The position numbers and the translations under genes were made by a program. A stretch of DNA of 64,000 nucleotides from Octopus vulgaris (taxonomy: Eukaryota). Of this stretch, positions 51,893 through 64,000 are shown one piece after another. The DNA lies in assembly GCA_951406725.2 (NCBI GenBank), contig OX597815.1:103168001-103232000 (forward strand), written 5' to 3'. The notes under the pieces are model-generated. The model was not told the DNA's origin and did not search any database. It saw nothing but the letters and a program-made list of their open reading frames with translations. Every line of letters starts with the position of its first letter. Position 1 is the stretch's first letter.

Positions 51893-52637
51893 CATATATA
51901 TATATATATATGTCTGTGTTCGAATTGTCCTTGAACAGGGGTCATTCAGGCTCCCGTCTTCGCCGTGAACAGAGATTAATCTTCTCTCTTCTTTCCTTTG
52001 CGAAATACGGGCTCAACTCTTCTTTTCTGTTCATCTAACCCTCCTCCTCTCTTTTCTCTTCCTCTCACACCCACTTCCTCGCTTCACCCCTACCCACCTT
52101 CTCTCTTCATCGTCACCCCTCCCACGATACCCACCCCTACATATTCGAACCCCACTATCCCTATACATCTCATCACACCCCCACCCAATTCCTCACACCC
52201 CACTCCCACAAACCCCATCCGTACCCCACCCTTATCCAACCAACACCCCACCCTTGCTTCCCCCACTCTCGCTTTCCCCACACCTCAACACCACCAAACC
52301 ACACCACACACCACTACACCACACACTACCATAACACACCTCACATGACACCACCCCTCACACACAAGCACTGACCACTTCCCAGCACCCACAGCATCAT
52401 CCACACATATATACATGCACAAACGCACACGTGAATGTCACCAGCCCCCATCCACTTGCACGTACACGCTCTCACATACACGCTCGCAACGCGCACCTTT
52501 GTTTTGGGATCTCCTCTACTTTATTATCTCCCGTTCTTCCTAGCACTCCCGTGTGACCCTTCTGTCCGGCATTCGCCATGATAGATCGCTAGCCACTAAA
52601 CGATTATTATTTTCTCTCCCTGTTTATTTCTGTGTTC

Positions 52638-52673
52638 CTTTCTGTCGAAAAGCGTAGGTTCGAAACGCAAAAG
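52638..52673 (+). ncRNA. Hammerhead-like variant in a PLE-type tail
   Basis: cttt-ctgtcgaa-aagc gtag gttc-GAAA-cgca-aaag; non-canonical core. Confidence 0.35.
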
Positions 52674-52753
52674 ACTTTCTCACTTCTCGAGAGTTAAACT
52701 AATACATCTGTTTGTTGTTTACACACCCGTCTTTTGTTTTTTTGTAAATTCTC

Positions 52754-52796
<43 letters not shown>

Positions 52797-53918
52797 TTAT
52801 TTAATACTTATTGACTTAAATTATTTGATTTATTTCTATTGGACCATATTATTAATAAATTAAATTTTGCTCTATTTTTATCTCCATTTCTTAGTCGATT
52901 TTTTATCCCATTACAAATATTAGTTAGTTAATTCTCTTAATTTCTTTTAAACTTTTAAAAATTAATTCTGCTAATACCAGACCTATCGTAGTGTATTGTG
53001 ATGTGATATAATATATCAAAATAATATAATATAATATAGTGTAGTGTATTATAGTTTAGTATAATAATAATATAATTGTTTAATTTCATTTAAAAACATT
53101 ATGTATGTATTATAGTTTAGTATAATAATAATATAATAGTTTAATTTCATTTAAAAACAACCCCATTTTTCTTTCCTTTCTAATGACCTCTTTGTAACCT
53201 GACAATCTATTAATAGTAACATTTATAAATAAAGAAATAAATTGTTGACCTCAGTTCGAATTTGTTCCAAACAAACTTAGACTTTGTGTTAGTATCAAAT
53301 TGTGCCCATCCCCTTAGCTTCCCCTTTCCTTTCTCTTTGACAGCTTAAATAGCAGTAACTGATTAAATTCCTACCCCTTCCTCCTCTTTCTGTGATTCTT
53401 GAAAATTTCATTAACAACCTGAACCACTACAATATAAGACTGTCATTTTTGCTTCTCATTCGGACTCCCTGATATTTTCGCATGATTGTACCCTAAATCT
53501 CTCCACAAAACTGGATTACGAACTATAAGGACATACACAAATTTTGTAAGTTCAAGACTTTTTCATCGGATCCCCAAAAAATCGAACTTATCTGCGATTC
53601 TTGTAAATTTCAATAACAATCTGTTCCTCTACACGATATGACAGTCACTATGTTTTTACTCAGACTTTCCTCTACATGATGTGGCAGTCACTTTGCCTCT
53701 TACTCGGATTTTCAGAAATTTTGCATGACTGTATCCGAAAATTTCTTCATACAACTTGATCAAATATTCAATATGAGCTATATGTAGACATGCATAAATT
53801 CTATAGGTTTAAAACCTTTCATCGGATCTCCATGAATCGAACTTTCTTCAATGCAGTTAATCTTACAACCTCTTTTGTATCTACCCCTTTTGATGTTTGT
53901 GAATTCTCTGATATTTTT

Positions 53919-54002
53919 TCGGCTGACGAGTACGAGCCATCTGTATTCACTGCATTTTTTGTAGCTTATTAAAGATGTCCTCGTACGAAACGATCGTACC
54001 GA
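53919..54002 (+). ncRNA. Type I hammerhead ribozyme with intact catalytic core
   Basis: Stem I tcgg/ccga, CTGACGA, stem II gtacgag/ctcgtac extended by catct/agatg, GAAA, palindromic acgatcgt, GUA site (cleavage after 53998). Confidence 0.85.
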
Positions 54003-54058
54003 GATTTTAATCCATTCTTGTTGCTTTTTTCCTATTTATATATATATATATATATATA

Positions 54059-55333
54059 GATCAATAGATGGTGGGGTTGTGTTGACCGCACGTGGAGAAA
54101 TGATAAGTAAGGAAAAAATTTTTTTAAAAATGCAGAATGCTCAAATGAAAGAAAATTTTAATAAAATGAGAAAATGATAAAATATATAAATAGGAAGGAA
54201 GTTTGATCAACGAGGAGTTTGCATATTAAGTTGTGTTTGGAATTTTTCAAAATCAAGACTAACTTCTCCTGTTCCTCCGAGAACCTTATCTACGTTCTCA
54301 CATGCGCTGGTTGCCAACATAATTATGTGGGACAAACGAGTCTCCCGTTACGTAAACGAGTAACGGTGCATAAAGAACAAATAAATCTCCCGGAATACCG
54401 ACAAATTCCACTGAGTGACCACTTAGACTCATGTGCTAAAGACTTAAACCCCAAATTCTATATATTCCCCTTCTACCAATGTAAAGACGGGATCACCACA
54501 CAGGAGAGAATTAACAAGGAGAATCTCTTTATTGAAAAATTCCAAACACAACTTAATATGCAAACTCCTCGTTGATCAAACTTCCTTTCTCTACCTCACT
54601 CTTCATGGATGGGCTAATATATAAAGATGCCATGCATTCATCACTTCAAGCTAAAACTTATATTGTTTAAATATCATTTTCACTATTGTTGTTATTACTA
54701 TCATTTTTATTATAAATGATATGACAATTTGAAATGCAATTGTCTATGCAGTTTTATATTATTAGAAAATAATATAAATAAAGTGTTAAAATCTGAAAGT
54801 TAAGTTAACAAGCAATTATATAAAAAAGATAATGCAAATGAAGCTAAAATGATAGTTTTATAATTTAGGTTTTATTGAAGAACTCAAAAGAGTTGTCTCC
54901 CCTTACTCACAACACAGGAACTGAAGAACCAGGACCACAATTACTACTACTTCCTGTCCTGCAACATGCTGAATTTAACAACACAACACATCACATGCTC
55001 TTAATCCCTTTGGATCTTAACACCTCAAGGTAATTTTTTGGTAAACAACCATAAAACTCAAGATACACAACGAACTCACAATGTATCGGAGAACTTATTT
55101 TTTAATTTTTGTACATTTTTATCATTATTCTTTTACAAAAAACAATGCAATTTTCTTTTTTTCCCCTTTCTAATTTTTAAAAAAACTTCTTAAAACATAA
55201 ATATTCTTGACAAGTCATACAATGACGAAAACCGGTTGAATAAATATATATTTATATATTTTATCATTTTATCATTTTATTAAAATTTTCTTTCATTTGA
55301 GCATTCTGCATTTTTAAAAAAATTTTTTCCTTA

Positions 55334-55338
<5 letters not shown>
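54059..55338 (+). mobile_element. Penelope-like 3' fragment (GIY-YIG and pLTR) with nested inversions
   Basis: ORF to 54575: NLIYVLTCAGCQHNYVGQTSLPLRKRVTVHKEQI..ERINKENLFI; inverted arms 54103-54192/55249-55338 and 54195-54250/54532-54587. Confidence 0.9.
55202..55242 (+). ncRNA. Degenerate minimal hammerhead ribozyme
   Basis: tattc/gaata stem I, ttgacaa (decayed CUGACGA), gtca/tgac stem II, GAAA, accggt palindrome. Confidence 0.65.
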
Positions 55339-55396
<58 letters not shown>

Positions 55397-55580
55397 ATAA
55401 ATATAGATATACATACATGCAAAAACACACACACACACACAAACACACTCACTGCATCACTCACTCACACATACAAATATTTATATTTATGGATACTCAT
55501 ATATATACACAGACATGCGTACATACATGTGTATGTATATATATGCGTAGATACATGTATGTGCATATGTGTATATATAT

Positions 55581-55627
<47 letters not shown>

Positions 55628-55632
55628 TATAC

Positions 55633-55667
<35 letters not shown>

Positions 55668-55809
55668 ACTATATATATATGTATATATATATATATATAT
55701 ATCATACGGAAAACACTCGGCGAGAAACGGAAGAAAATTTGTAGAAAGAAAGAAAAATAATAATAATGATAATAATAATAATAACAACAACAACAACAAC
55801 AACAACAAC

Positions 55810-55871
<62 letters not shown>

Positions 55872-56225
55872 TAATAAAAATAATGATAATAATAATAATA
55901 CACATACCGGCAGCAGCTAAGACAGCAATCGCCAATCCCTTTACAACGGCTACAGAAGGTAGCTCAGAGAAAGACAAAAACAACAGCAACAAAATCAACG
56001 ACACAGGAATTAATAAAAACGATAGCATACAGGCTATCGACCCCACTCCCACTTTTTCTGCGGCTACAGAACTTAGCCTAGCCAGAGAAACATACAAAAC
56101 ATAACCAGCAAAAACTTATAAAGTAACAAGTATAACAACATTGCTACAAAAAAAGCAACAACAATAATAATTGTAAGAATAGTGATAATAACAGTGGTGG
56201 TGATATTACTTAATTATTTTTTGTA

Positions 56226-57693
56226 CCCGGAGCGGATCTATTTCGTTTGGTTGCCAGCATTTCAAAAACGAAAGTTTATCGAAAATTTGAAAATTTGGCA
56301 CATTACTATACCTTTCCAAGCTGAATTGCTACAGTTATTTCACTTTTTCCTGAAAAACGTTTTTAAAAAAACGTTTTTAAAATTTGACCATTTTCACCCA
56401 GTCAGGAAACAATATTTAGAAGCTGTCATTTTGTGCGTGACTGCACAATTTGTCAACATCCAGAAAATAGCATGTGTTGTCAATAAAGAGTAAACAACAC
56501 GTCTTTTGTAGTTTTAAACATTGCGATAGCACGAACTTTAAAGATTTTTGTAAAAAAACGTTATTTAGCTGTTATTTTTAGCACACCTCACAACTATCAT
56601 AGTGACAAAAAGAAATGAGTAAACAACATATTTTTTTAGTTTTAAGCATTCACCATGCATTTAATGCAATAGCACGAACTTAAAAGATTTATTTAAAAAC
56701 AAAATAGCACATAACAAATTAAATATTTAAAAAAAAAAGCACTTTGAGGACCAGTTAATAAGTTCACATGCCCAATTGTAAACAGATACGTAAAACAACT
56801 GCTTTCAATATATTTGTCAACACGTATTTTCTCGCAGACAAAGTTTGAATGTGTCTGTGGCTTACGATTGGCTAAAATTCACCCAATATTTTCAAACTTC
56901 AATTGTTAATAACTCTTTATTTATTGCGTCTGGGGAGAGTCATTCTCTTTTAGTGCCTTTTAAACACACTCACCGGTCTGATTTCCACCCATTAACTTAT
57001 TCATTTTTACTAAAATTTTCGTTGTGTCTTGCAAACTTTTTAATAGTAGTTGATTCTGTCCTCTATCAGAACTGCATTCTTTTGTGTGCATGTGTGTGCT
57101 TCAGTATGCGTGCGCATACACATATGTATATATGCATGTTTGTGTGTGTGTATGTATATATATACACGTGTATTCATTGTGCCCGTTTGTATGCATGTAT
57201 GTATGCATGCATGTATGTGTGTATGTATGTGTATATGCTTATATGTGTGTGTATGCATATATATTTGTATGCAGTGTGCACGTTTGTATGTATGTATTCT
57301 GCATATCAATGTGCTTGTGTGTTCATGTTTGTATGTTTGTGTATGTGATTTGTGTTTGTGTGTGTATGTGTGTGTGCGTCAGTGTGTGTGTATCTGTGTG
57401 TACCTCTGTCTGCTTGTGTGTGATTGTTTGTGTGTGTCTGTGTATGGGTTTGGGTTTGTATGGATTTGTGTGACTATATAAACTGTGGGTATTGTAGTAT
57501 GACACCTTCTATGTATATTTCCTATTTAGTACTGGAGATGTTTCATTAATGAAGACGTACTCATTATTATTTATTTATAGCGAAAATTATTTTCACGTCA
57601 TCCATTAACCTATAAAAGTGTATCATTACACTGAATATGAAATCAATTCGAACAGAATTGATGCTGGCAGCCAAACTCAGTAGATCCCCCGGA
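56226..57693 (-). mobile_element. Non-autonomous TIR DNA transposon, copy 2, interrupted by another repeat and a TG-rich tract
   Basis: TIR ccgg..ggatcta...gtttgg(t/c)tgccagcat at both ends; body is the reverse complement of 14884-15765. Confidence 0.7.
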
Positions 57694-59049
57694 GCTTATC
57701 CTCCGAAGGTGATTACAAGTTAGCAATGGGTTCTCTGGGAACTCACTCGGCATGATAGAAAAGCGGTTAGATCTCTCTCAAATCAAACCTAACATTTAGC
57801 TGTTCATGCGAACATTTCAGAGAAATGGTGCCAACCCCACTCTGAATGTGCCGGTATAAACTTTGCATGTGTGTGTGTGTTGTTATTGCGTCCCTAAGCC
57901 TGGAGCAGCAAGCAAGTTAGAGCTGGTGTTGTAAATGGGGTGACCCTTTACATGAAAATCTCAACTAAACAAACACGGGAGTAAACCCTGTAGAAAACCA
58001 CTCTCATTCGTTACGATGATATAACCTGATAATTATTCAAATGATTGTGTGAATAGAAAGACTCCCCTGGGTATCCAAGACACCGGAGTTACCGCGCCCA
58101 GCAGCCCCTCCTCCTCCTCCCCGAAGGCTACTGAGTGACAGACCATACTACACCCAATCCTGGTCCTTTTACTTATCCAAATACACAACGCGCTTGTAAA
58201 CACAAGTGGCCTAACGAACTGAACCAAAATGCATCGTTAAATGAGCGTGTGTGTGTGCGTACGTGTGTGTGTATGTATTTATAAATATATATCAAAGCAT
58301 ATCGTGGCCTAAAGTTATACTGGTAGCCATGCATTGCTCACTGCTATTCAAAACTATATACATGTTTTTCTTTAAATCAAATTTAGAGAATATTTTGATA
58401 TCAACAACAATATTCGTTTGCCATTTGTATATATTTCATTGTTTATTCTTGTAAAATATTGAACTGTATGGCATTGTTCTAAATTTATTTTCTTATTTGT
58501 TTAGGAAAACATACTTACAAATAATGCCGTATTGGTTTCTCTAAAGAATTATTTGCTTATTATACCTTTATGTATGAGTGTTGTTTATATGAGTGTGTCT
58601 GTTTACGAAGTACATGTTTCTGTATGATAATGTATCTACTTGTTTCTAGTTATCTCAGTATATTTATTTCAGTATTTCTTTTCAGTGTTATAACTGCGTA
58701 GTTAAATGTGGAGCAATGTAGAACAATTAGTTTGTTGATATCCATGCATTCGGTAGACGTCGGTGATGTTTTTGTCAGAATTGTTCCATTAAAACGATAA
58801 TAAAATATCTGATTGAGAATGAGTTAAGCGAAGCTTTGCGGTTGAGAAAACGGACATAAAATTCTCTCAGACGAGAATAGTACCAGTTGTTGTACATGTT
58901 ATTGTTTTTATTGTTAATGCTATTGTCGTTGTGGATGTGTAGTTCCTTATTAGCCCTGGTCGAGCAGACCTGTGACTCAAGGCATTGCAGTTGTACCAAT
59001 ATCAGATATTTTGTTCATTATATATATATTTTTTACCTAGCAGTATTTT

Positions 59050-59232
59050 CGCAGAAAATTCGGGGAGGAGTTAGGGCGATTACATCGACTCAGTGTTCAG
59101 CTGGTACTAAATTTATCGAACCCGAAAGGATGAAAAGCAAAATTGACCATGGCGGAATTTTAACTTAGAACGAAAGGATGGATGAAATGTTATTGCATTT
59201 TACCAGGTGGTGCTAACGATTCTGCCAGCTGA
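59050..59232 (-). mobile_element. SINE family B (diverged)
   Basis: gattacatcgac..cccgaaaggatgaaa..ggcggaattt..gctaacgattctgccagct. Confidence 0.8.
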
Positions 59233-59689
59233 CCAATCATAATAATAATAATCATAACGAAAAAATAAAATGCATCGGAGGAGCTATGTATAACCTGTGC
59301 GCGGATAAATGTTTTCGCAAATTATAGTGTGGCTTACCCATGCTTTGTAAGTGAACTGAATTAATTTTTTTTAAATATCACCATTATACGTATTTATACT
59401 CTGGTTAAATTAAGAAATCAACTCGTAAATAAACGAAATAGTCGAATCCGTCATTGTACACACACACACACACACACACATACACACGCATATACACACA
59501 GACAGACACACACACACAGTCGCTTATGTATGTATGTACGCACAAACGTCTATGCGCATAAGTACACCATGATCTATACATACGCACACGAGGGTCAATT
59601 CATATGAAAAAGAAAGTGAACAAATTAATATACCCACTTGTCTATCGGGAAATATGTAAGTTCGATTACTTTTAAATTTGATTTCTTTT

Positions 59690-59850
59690 TCAAGCTAATC
59701 AAACCAAATGTTCACCCAATATAAACAAACCAGATATTCATCCAATGAGTATTTCTGCCAAATGTAGAAAAATCGATCAGCCGTTTTCCGGTAATTTTGT
59801 CAACAGACAAAGACGAGTGATTACAATACCTGTGTTAGGGTGAGGATAAT
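59690..59850 (-). mobile_element. HINE-like fragment
   Basis: Minus strand attatcctcacc..aggtattgtaatcactcgtctttgtctgtt..gatcgattttt, resembles 32900-33000. Confidence 0.35.
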
Positions 59851-59851
59851 A

Positions 59852-60014
59852 ATCCTTTCTACAATAGGCACAAGATCTGGAATTGTGGGGAGGGTGTTTT
59901 AGTCGGTTGCATCGACCCCAGAACCTGACCTGTACTTAATTTCTCGCAGTCGAAACGATAAAGTCGACCTCGGCGGAATTTGAACACAGAACATATCGGC
60001 AGACGAAATACCAC
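59852..60014 (-). mobile_element. SINE family B, 5'-truncated
   Basis: atcctttctacaataggcacaag..gtcgacctcggcggaatttgaac. Confidence 0.8.
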
Positions 60015-60015
60015 C

Positions 60016-60076
<61 letters not shown>

Positions 60077-60084
60077 TAATAATA

Positions 60085-61311
60085 AAATCAGATATAGAAA
60101 GATTATATATACAATGTATAGAAGGTGGTAGAGGCCTTATCACCATAAGACTGCAAAAATATCTACTGCAGAAGGAAGGAAAACTGATACAAATAGCGGC
60201 GAAACACGAGTAAAACAAAAAAATGTTCTCAGTATTTAAGGAAGCTGACAAATACAAACAAGAAATCATACCACCTAATAAATATGAAGAAGAAGAAGAA
60301 GAAGAAGAAGAAGAAGAAGAAGAAGAAGAAGAAGAAGAAGAAGAAGAAGAAGAAGAAGAAGAAGATGATGATGAAGAAACAACAAAAGCTATAAAACAAA
60401 TGAAATCCAAACTAAAAATAGAACAGCAACGAACCATGATAAAACGATGGCAAGAAAAGCCCCTTCATGGTAAATACTGGACTAAACTAAACGCAAAAGA
60501 AAAAGACAAAGAAAAATCCCAGCAATGGTTGAGAAGCTCAGGACTCAAAGCAGAGATAGAGGGATTTTTAATTGCAGCACAAGAGCAAAGCCTCCCCATC
60601 AGAAATTACCAAAAACATGTAATGAAAAAAAATATAACAAGTAACTGCAGAATATGTGGAAATGGACAAGAAACAATAAATCATATTATCTCTGGCTGCC
60701 CAGTCCTGGCTAAGAAGGAATATATTCACAGACATGACAGAATTGGAACCTACATACACTGGAAGCTATGCCAACATTATGGAATAACAATAGAAGAAAG
60801 ATGGTATAGGTACACACCAGAAAAGGTCACAGAAAACGAGAAAGCAACCATACTCTGGGATATGCCGATACACACAGATAGAGAAATTAAGGCCAACAGA
60901 CCAGATATAGTTGTCAGAGATCATGAAGGAAAAAAATGCTTTCTAATTGATATATCAATACCGGCTGATGACAACGTGTCTCTAAAAGAAATGGAGAAAC
61001 TTTCAAAATACAAAGACCTGGAAATAGAGGTAACCAGAATGTGGAATCTAAAAACAGAAACAATTCCTATCATAGTAGGTGCATTAGGCATGATAAAAAA
61101 TATGCAGACAAATACATAACAAAACACCAGGACTTACAAACACATATAACATAGAGAAAATTGCACTACTAGGCACTGCACACATCCTACGCAGAACACT
61201 TTCCATACAATAACCATCAGAGCATCACAACAAATCACAGCACATACCTAAGGCACACAGAGCTGCGCTCGGTAGTGAAGTGAAAGCACGCTATAAAAAT
61301 AAAACTACTGA
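60085..61311 (+). mobile_element. R4/Dong family A, 5'-truncated, well-preserved C-terminal domain
   Basis: ORF 60223-61119: CRICGNGQETINHIISGC (CCHC), RHD, RPDIVVRD..LIDISIP..K..K (RLE); 1-nt frameshift near 61100; (TAA)n on both sides. Confidence 0.93.
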
Positions 61312-61314
61312 ATG

Positions 61315-61348
<34 letters not shown>

Positions 61349-61367
61349 TAATAATAATAATAATAAC

Positions 61368-61461
<94 letters not shown>

Positions 61462-61463
<2 letters not shown>

Positions 61464-61700
61464 TATCCTTTCTTTATTGGTCACAAGGCCCTAACACAAT
61501 AACATATAGTGACTATTCAGCACAAGGTACATGTGGGGTATAAAACTGAGAATGTAAATAATAAAAACAACAAAAAGTTAACAATCTAACAACAAAATTC
61601 CCGAGTAAGGGTGAGTTCCATGTAGGGTTAACAGGGCGCCCTACTCATCCTGGTCACCCGACTGCCAAGGGCGCGCAAGGTAAGCACCCCTCTACCCTTC
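61462..61700 (-). mobile_element. Putative L1/Tx1-like 3' UTR fragment with (ATT)n tail
   Basis: Minus strand ends ggccttgtgaccaataaagaaaggataa(tta)n; loose resemblance to 62340-62630. Confidence 0.4.
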
Positions 61701-61854
61701 AGCTGCTCCGGCTTCTCCTACTCCTCCTCCTCTTCTTCTTCTTCTTCTTCTTCTTCTTCTTCTTCTTCTTCTTCTTTTCCTCCTCCCGCCTTTTTTCTTT
61801 TACTTTGCATGCTATAAATATGTCCCTTCTTTTATTGTGTATACCGTGTATACT

Positions 61855-62630
61855 TATCGGAGATGGCTACCGGTTCGCGATTAAATCTACGTACCAGAAT
61901 GCACTGTCAGACGGGCTTGTCCGAGATGCGCGCAGAGTGACGATACCGTTCAGCACACCCTCGTTCAGTGTCCAAGCATTTCTGACTTGTGGAGTTATGT
62001 TGAACAACTGTTCTCGCGTGAGGTACGGATCCGTCTGTCAGTCCAATCTGTAGTGATGATTGCATCGCGGTGATTCTTCAATCGGGCAGGCAAGGCAGTT
62101 TTCCTTTGCCTGATGGCAGCGACGAAAGATGTTGTTTGGTGGATAAGGCTGAAAGGCATGAGGATAAATACAATCCTCTTTGGTAGACCTCTCATAAAGT
62201 TCTTCAAGATTCAATTGAAAAGGAAAATGAGAGTGGAGAAGGAAGTGCTGTCCTCGAGTGAGTTTATTGAAAGGTGGGTTAAAGTTGCAAAAATAGCAAT
62301 AGTGAATGGTACCTCTCTAAGTGTAGATTTGTAAGAGAGAAGGAACTGGAGAGGGCACTTGCTCCTGGGGTTTCATGGAAATCTTGGACAGTAGGGTTCC
62401 TCGATTATCCCTAGAGGCCCTCCTGCATAAGGAGGGCCACATCTCTATCATCTTCCCACCACTTTTTTAAACATTTGTATGCTATGCACGTGTCCCTTCT
62501 TTTTCAGTGTATGCCATGTATACATACTAGCTTTCTTTATTTCTTTTATTTTTTTTTATCATTTCATCATTTGTAAACCTCAACACTTTATTGTCTCCCT
62601 CATCCTTCACCCTTGGTGCAAATAAATGAA
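61855..62630 (+). mobile_element. L1/Tx1-clade LINE 3' fragment
   Basis: WLPVRD, CPRCAQSDDTVQHTLVQC (zf-RVT CCHC), KDVVWWIRLKG; AATAAA then (ATT)n tail. Confidence 0.75.
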
Positions 62631-62692
<62 letters not shown>

Positions 62693-63224
62693 CATTATTA
62701 TTATTATTTTCATTATCATTATTATTATTATTATTATGCTGTTGTTGTTTACAAAGTTCGATGATAATCGAAAAGAAATATTGTCAAAGGTTTTCAAGTT
62801 ATAGTGATCATAACCATTTTTTAGATATTATTACGTTGTTTAATGCATTACTGCTTCCGTACTGCAGTATAATATCAAAAGGTTGCTATTTTAAGTGGAT
62901 CATGCAACCTGGGACAACAACGTTATTAACAGCCTGTCTGTCTAGTTACACCTCAGATGAATTTCTACACCATTTCATATGAATGCACAAAGCTGTCGCT
63001 CTATCTCCTATTTCCTTACCCAAGGTTTTGGCGCATACATATGGGCGGTGTTTTAATTTTAATGTTACATTTCAAGATATCATTATTACTTTTACTTTCC
63101 ATGTTTATTTAATGTTTAACATTTTATCAAATTCATATATTTCCTACGTTAAATTAACATCCTTGAAGGGCTTGCAAAATATCGTTGTCATGGTGTTGAT
63201 AGTTATTATTATTGCGTTATATCA

Positions 63225-63318
63225 GTGTATATATGTATGTATGTTTATATATATATGTGTGCGTGTGTGTGTGTGTGCGTATGTGTGTGTGTGTATGTAT
63301 ATGTATATATGTATCTAT

Positions 63319-63359
<41 letters not shown>

Positions 63360-63443
63360 TATACAAACATATATATATATATATATGTATGGATATATAT
63401 AATACTTACACATACATACATACATACATAAATACATATATAT

Positions 63444-63477
<34 letters not shown>

Positions 63478-63874
63478 ATATACATATATGTGTGTGTGTG
63501 TGTGTGTGTACGTATGTACACTAACATACGTACATAAATATATCGTTCATATTATTACATTAATTTAATTTTCTGTTCAATGTTCTAAACTATTTGTGCA
63601 AACGTTAATGACATAAAGTGATTATTCCATTTAACTCGATGCATAACGGGAAAATTAAGAACTACATATAGCGACACATAAACAGATATGTTATTGTCTA
63701 GATACCTACTTAAATTGATTGATCCGTATGTTTGCACATACACATGCAAATTAATATATATATTGAGGGTGTGAGAATTCTGAAGCTATACGAATGTCTA
63801 GAAACAGAAGCGTAAGTAATAAAGAGATGGGGATACACAGACGCACACAATTGTATATGTATATATGATATATG

Positions 63875-63951
<77 letters not shown>

Positions 63952-64000
63952 GTATTTATATATATACATATATATACATATATATACATACGTGTGTGTA
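63225..64000. repeat. Compound (TA)/(TG)/(TACA) microsatellites, representative of dozens across the window
   Basis: Direct reading; similar tracts at 7190-7430, 30205-30420, 48980-49380, 55340-55900, 57080-57480. Confidence 0.95.

Noticed and set aside
51998-52348. Pro/Thr/His-rich 116-aa ORF
   Set aside because: Low-complexity C/A-rich tract, probably part of a retroelement tail
57880-58200. gtccctaagcctgg and gtagccttcggggaggaggaggg, reminiscent of twister/RTE 5' ends
   Set aside because: Could not assemble the twister pseudoknots by eye

Overview
AT-rich, microsatellite-saturated eukaryotic DNA. The repeat repertoire points to an Octopus-like cephalopod (inference from recalled repeat families, not a search). 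No host protein-coding gene can be identified with confidence; two weak minus-strand exon candidates are noted. The window is mostly transposable elements: a full-length 6.1-kb Helitron (8264-14395; STPR repeats, HUH Rep, Pif1 helicase, two frameshifts) plus a non-autonomous one; many R4/Dong-type RLE LINE fragments stacked in (TAA)n tracts; CR1 and L1/Tx1 fragments; four Tc1/mariner relics; two tRNA-derived SINE families; a MITE-like pair; and Penelope-like (PLE) remnants with minimal hammerhead ribozymes, one with an intact core (53919-54002). The most striking unexplained pattern: PLE insertions in (TA)n have inverted, head-to-head ends, and in three cases the inverted arm stops 12-15 nt downstream of the hammerhead cleavage site (two seen directly, one via a homologous copy). 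A second pattern: SINE/LINE (ATT)n tails appear to create the targets for antisense Dong insertions. All alignments were done by eye, so coordinates of degenerate elements are approximate.
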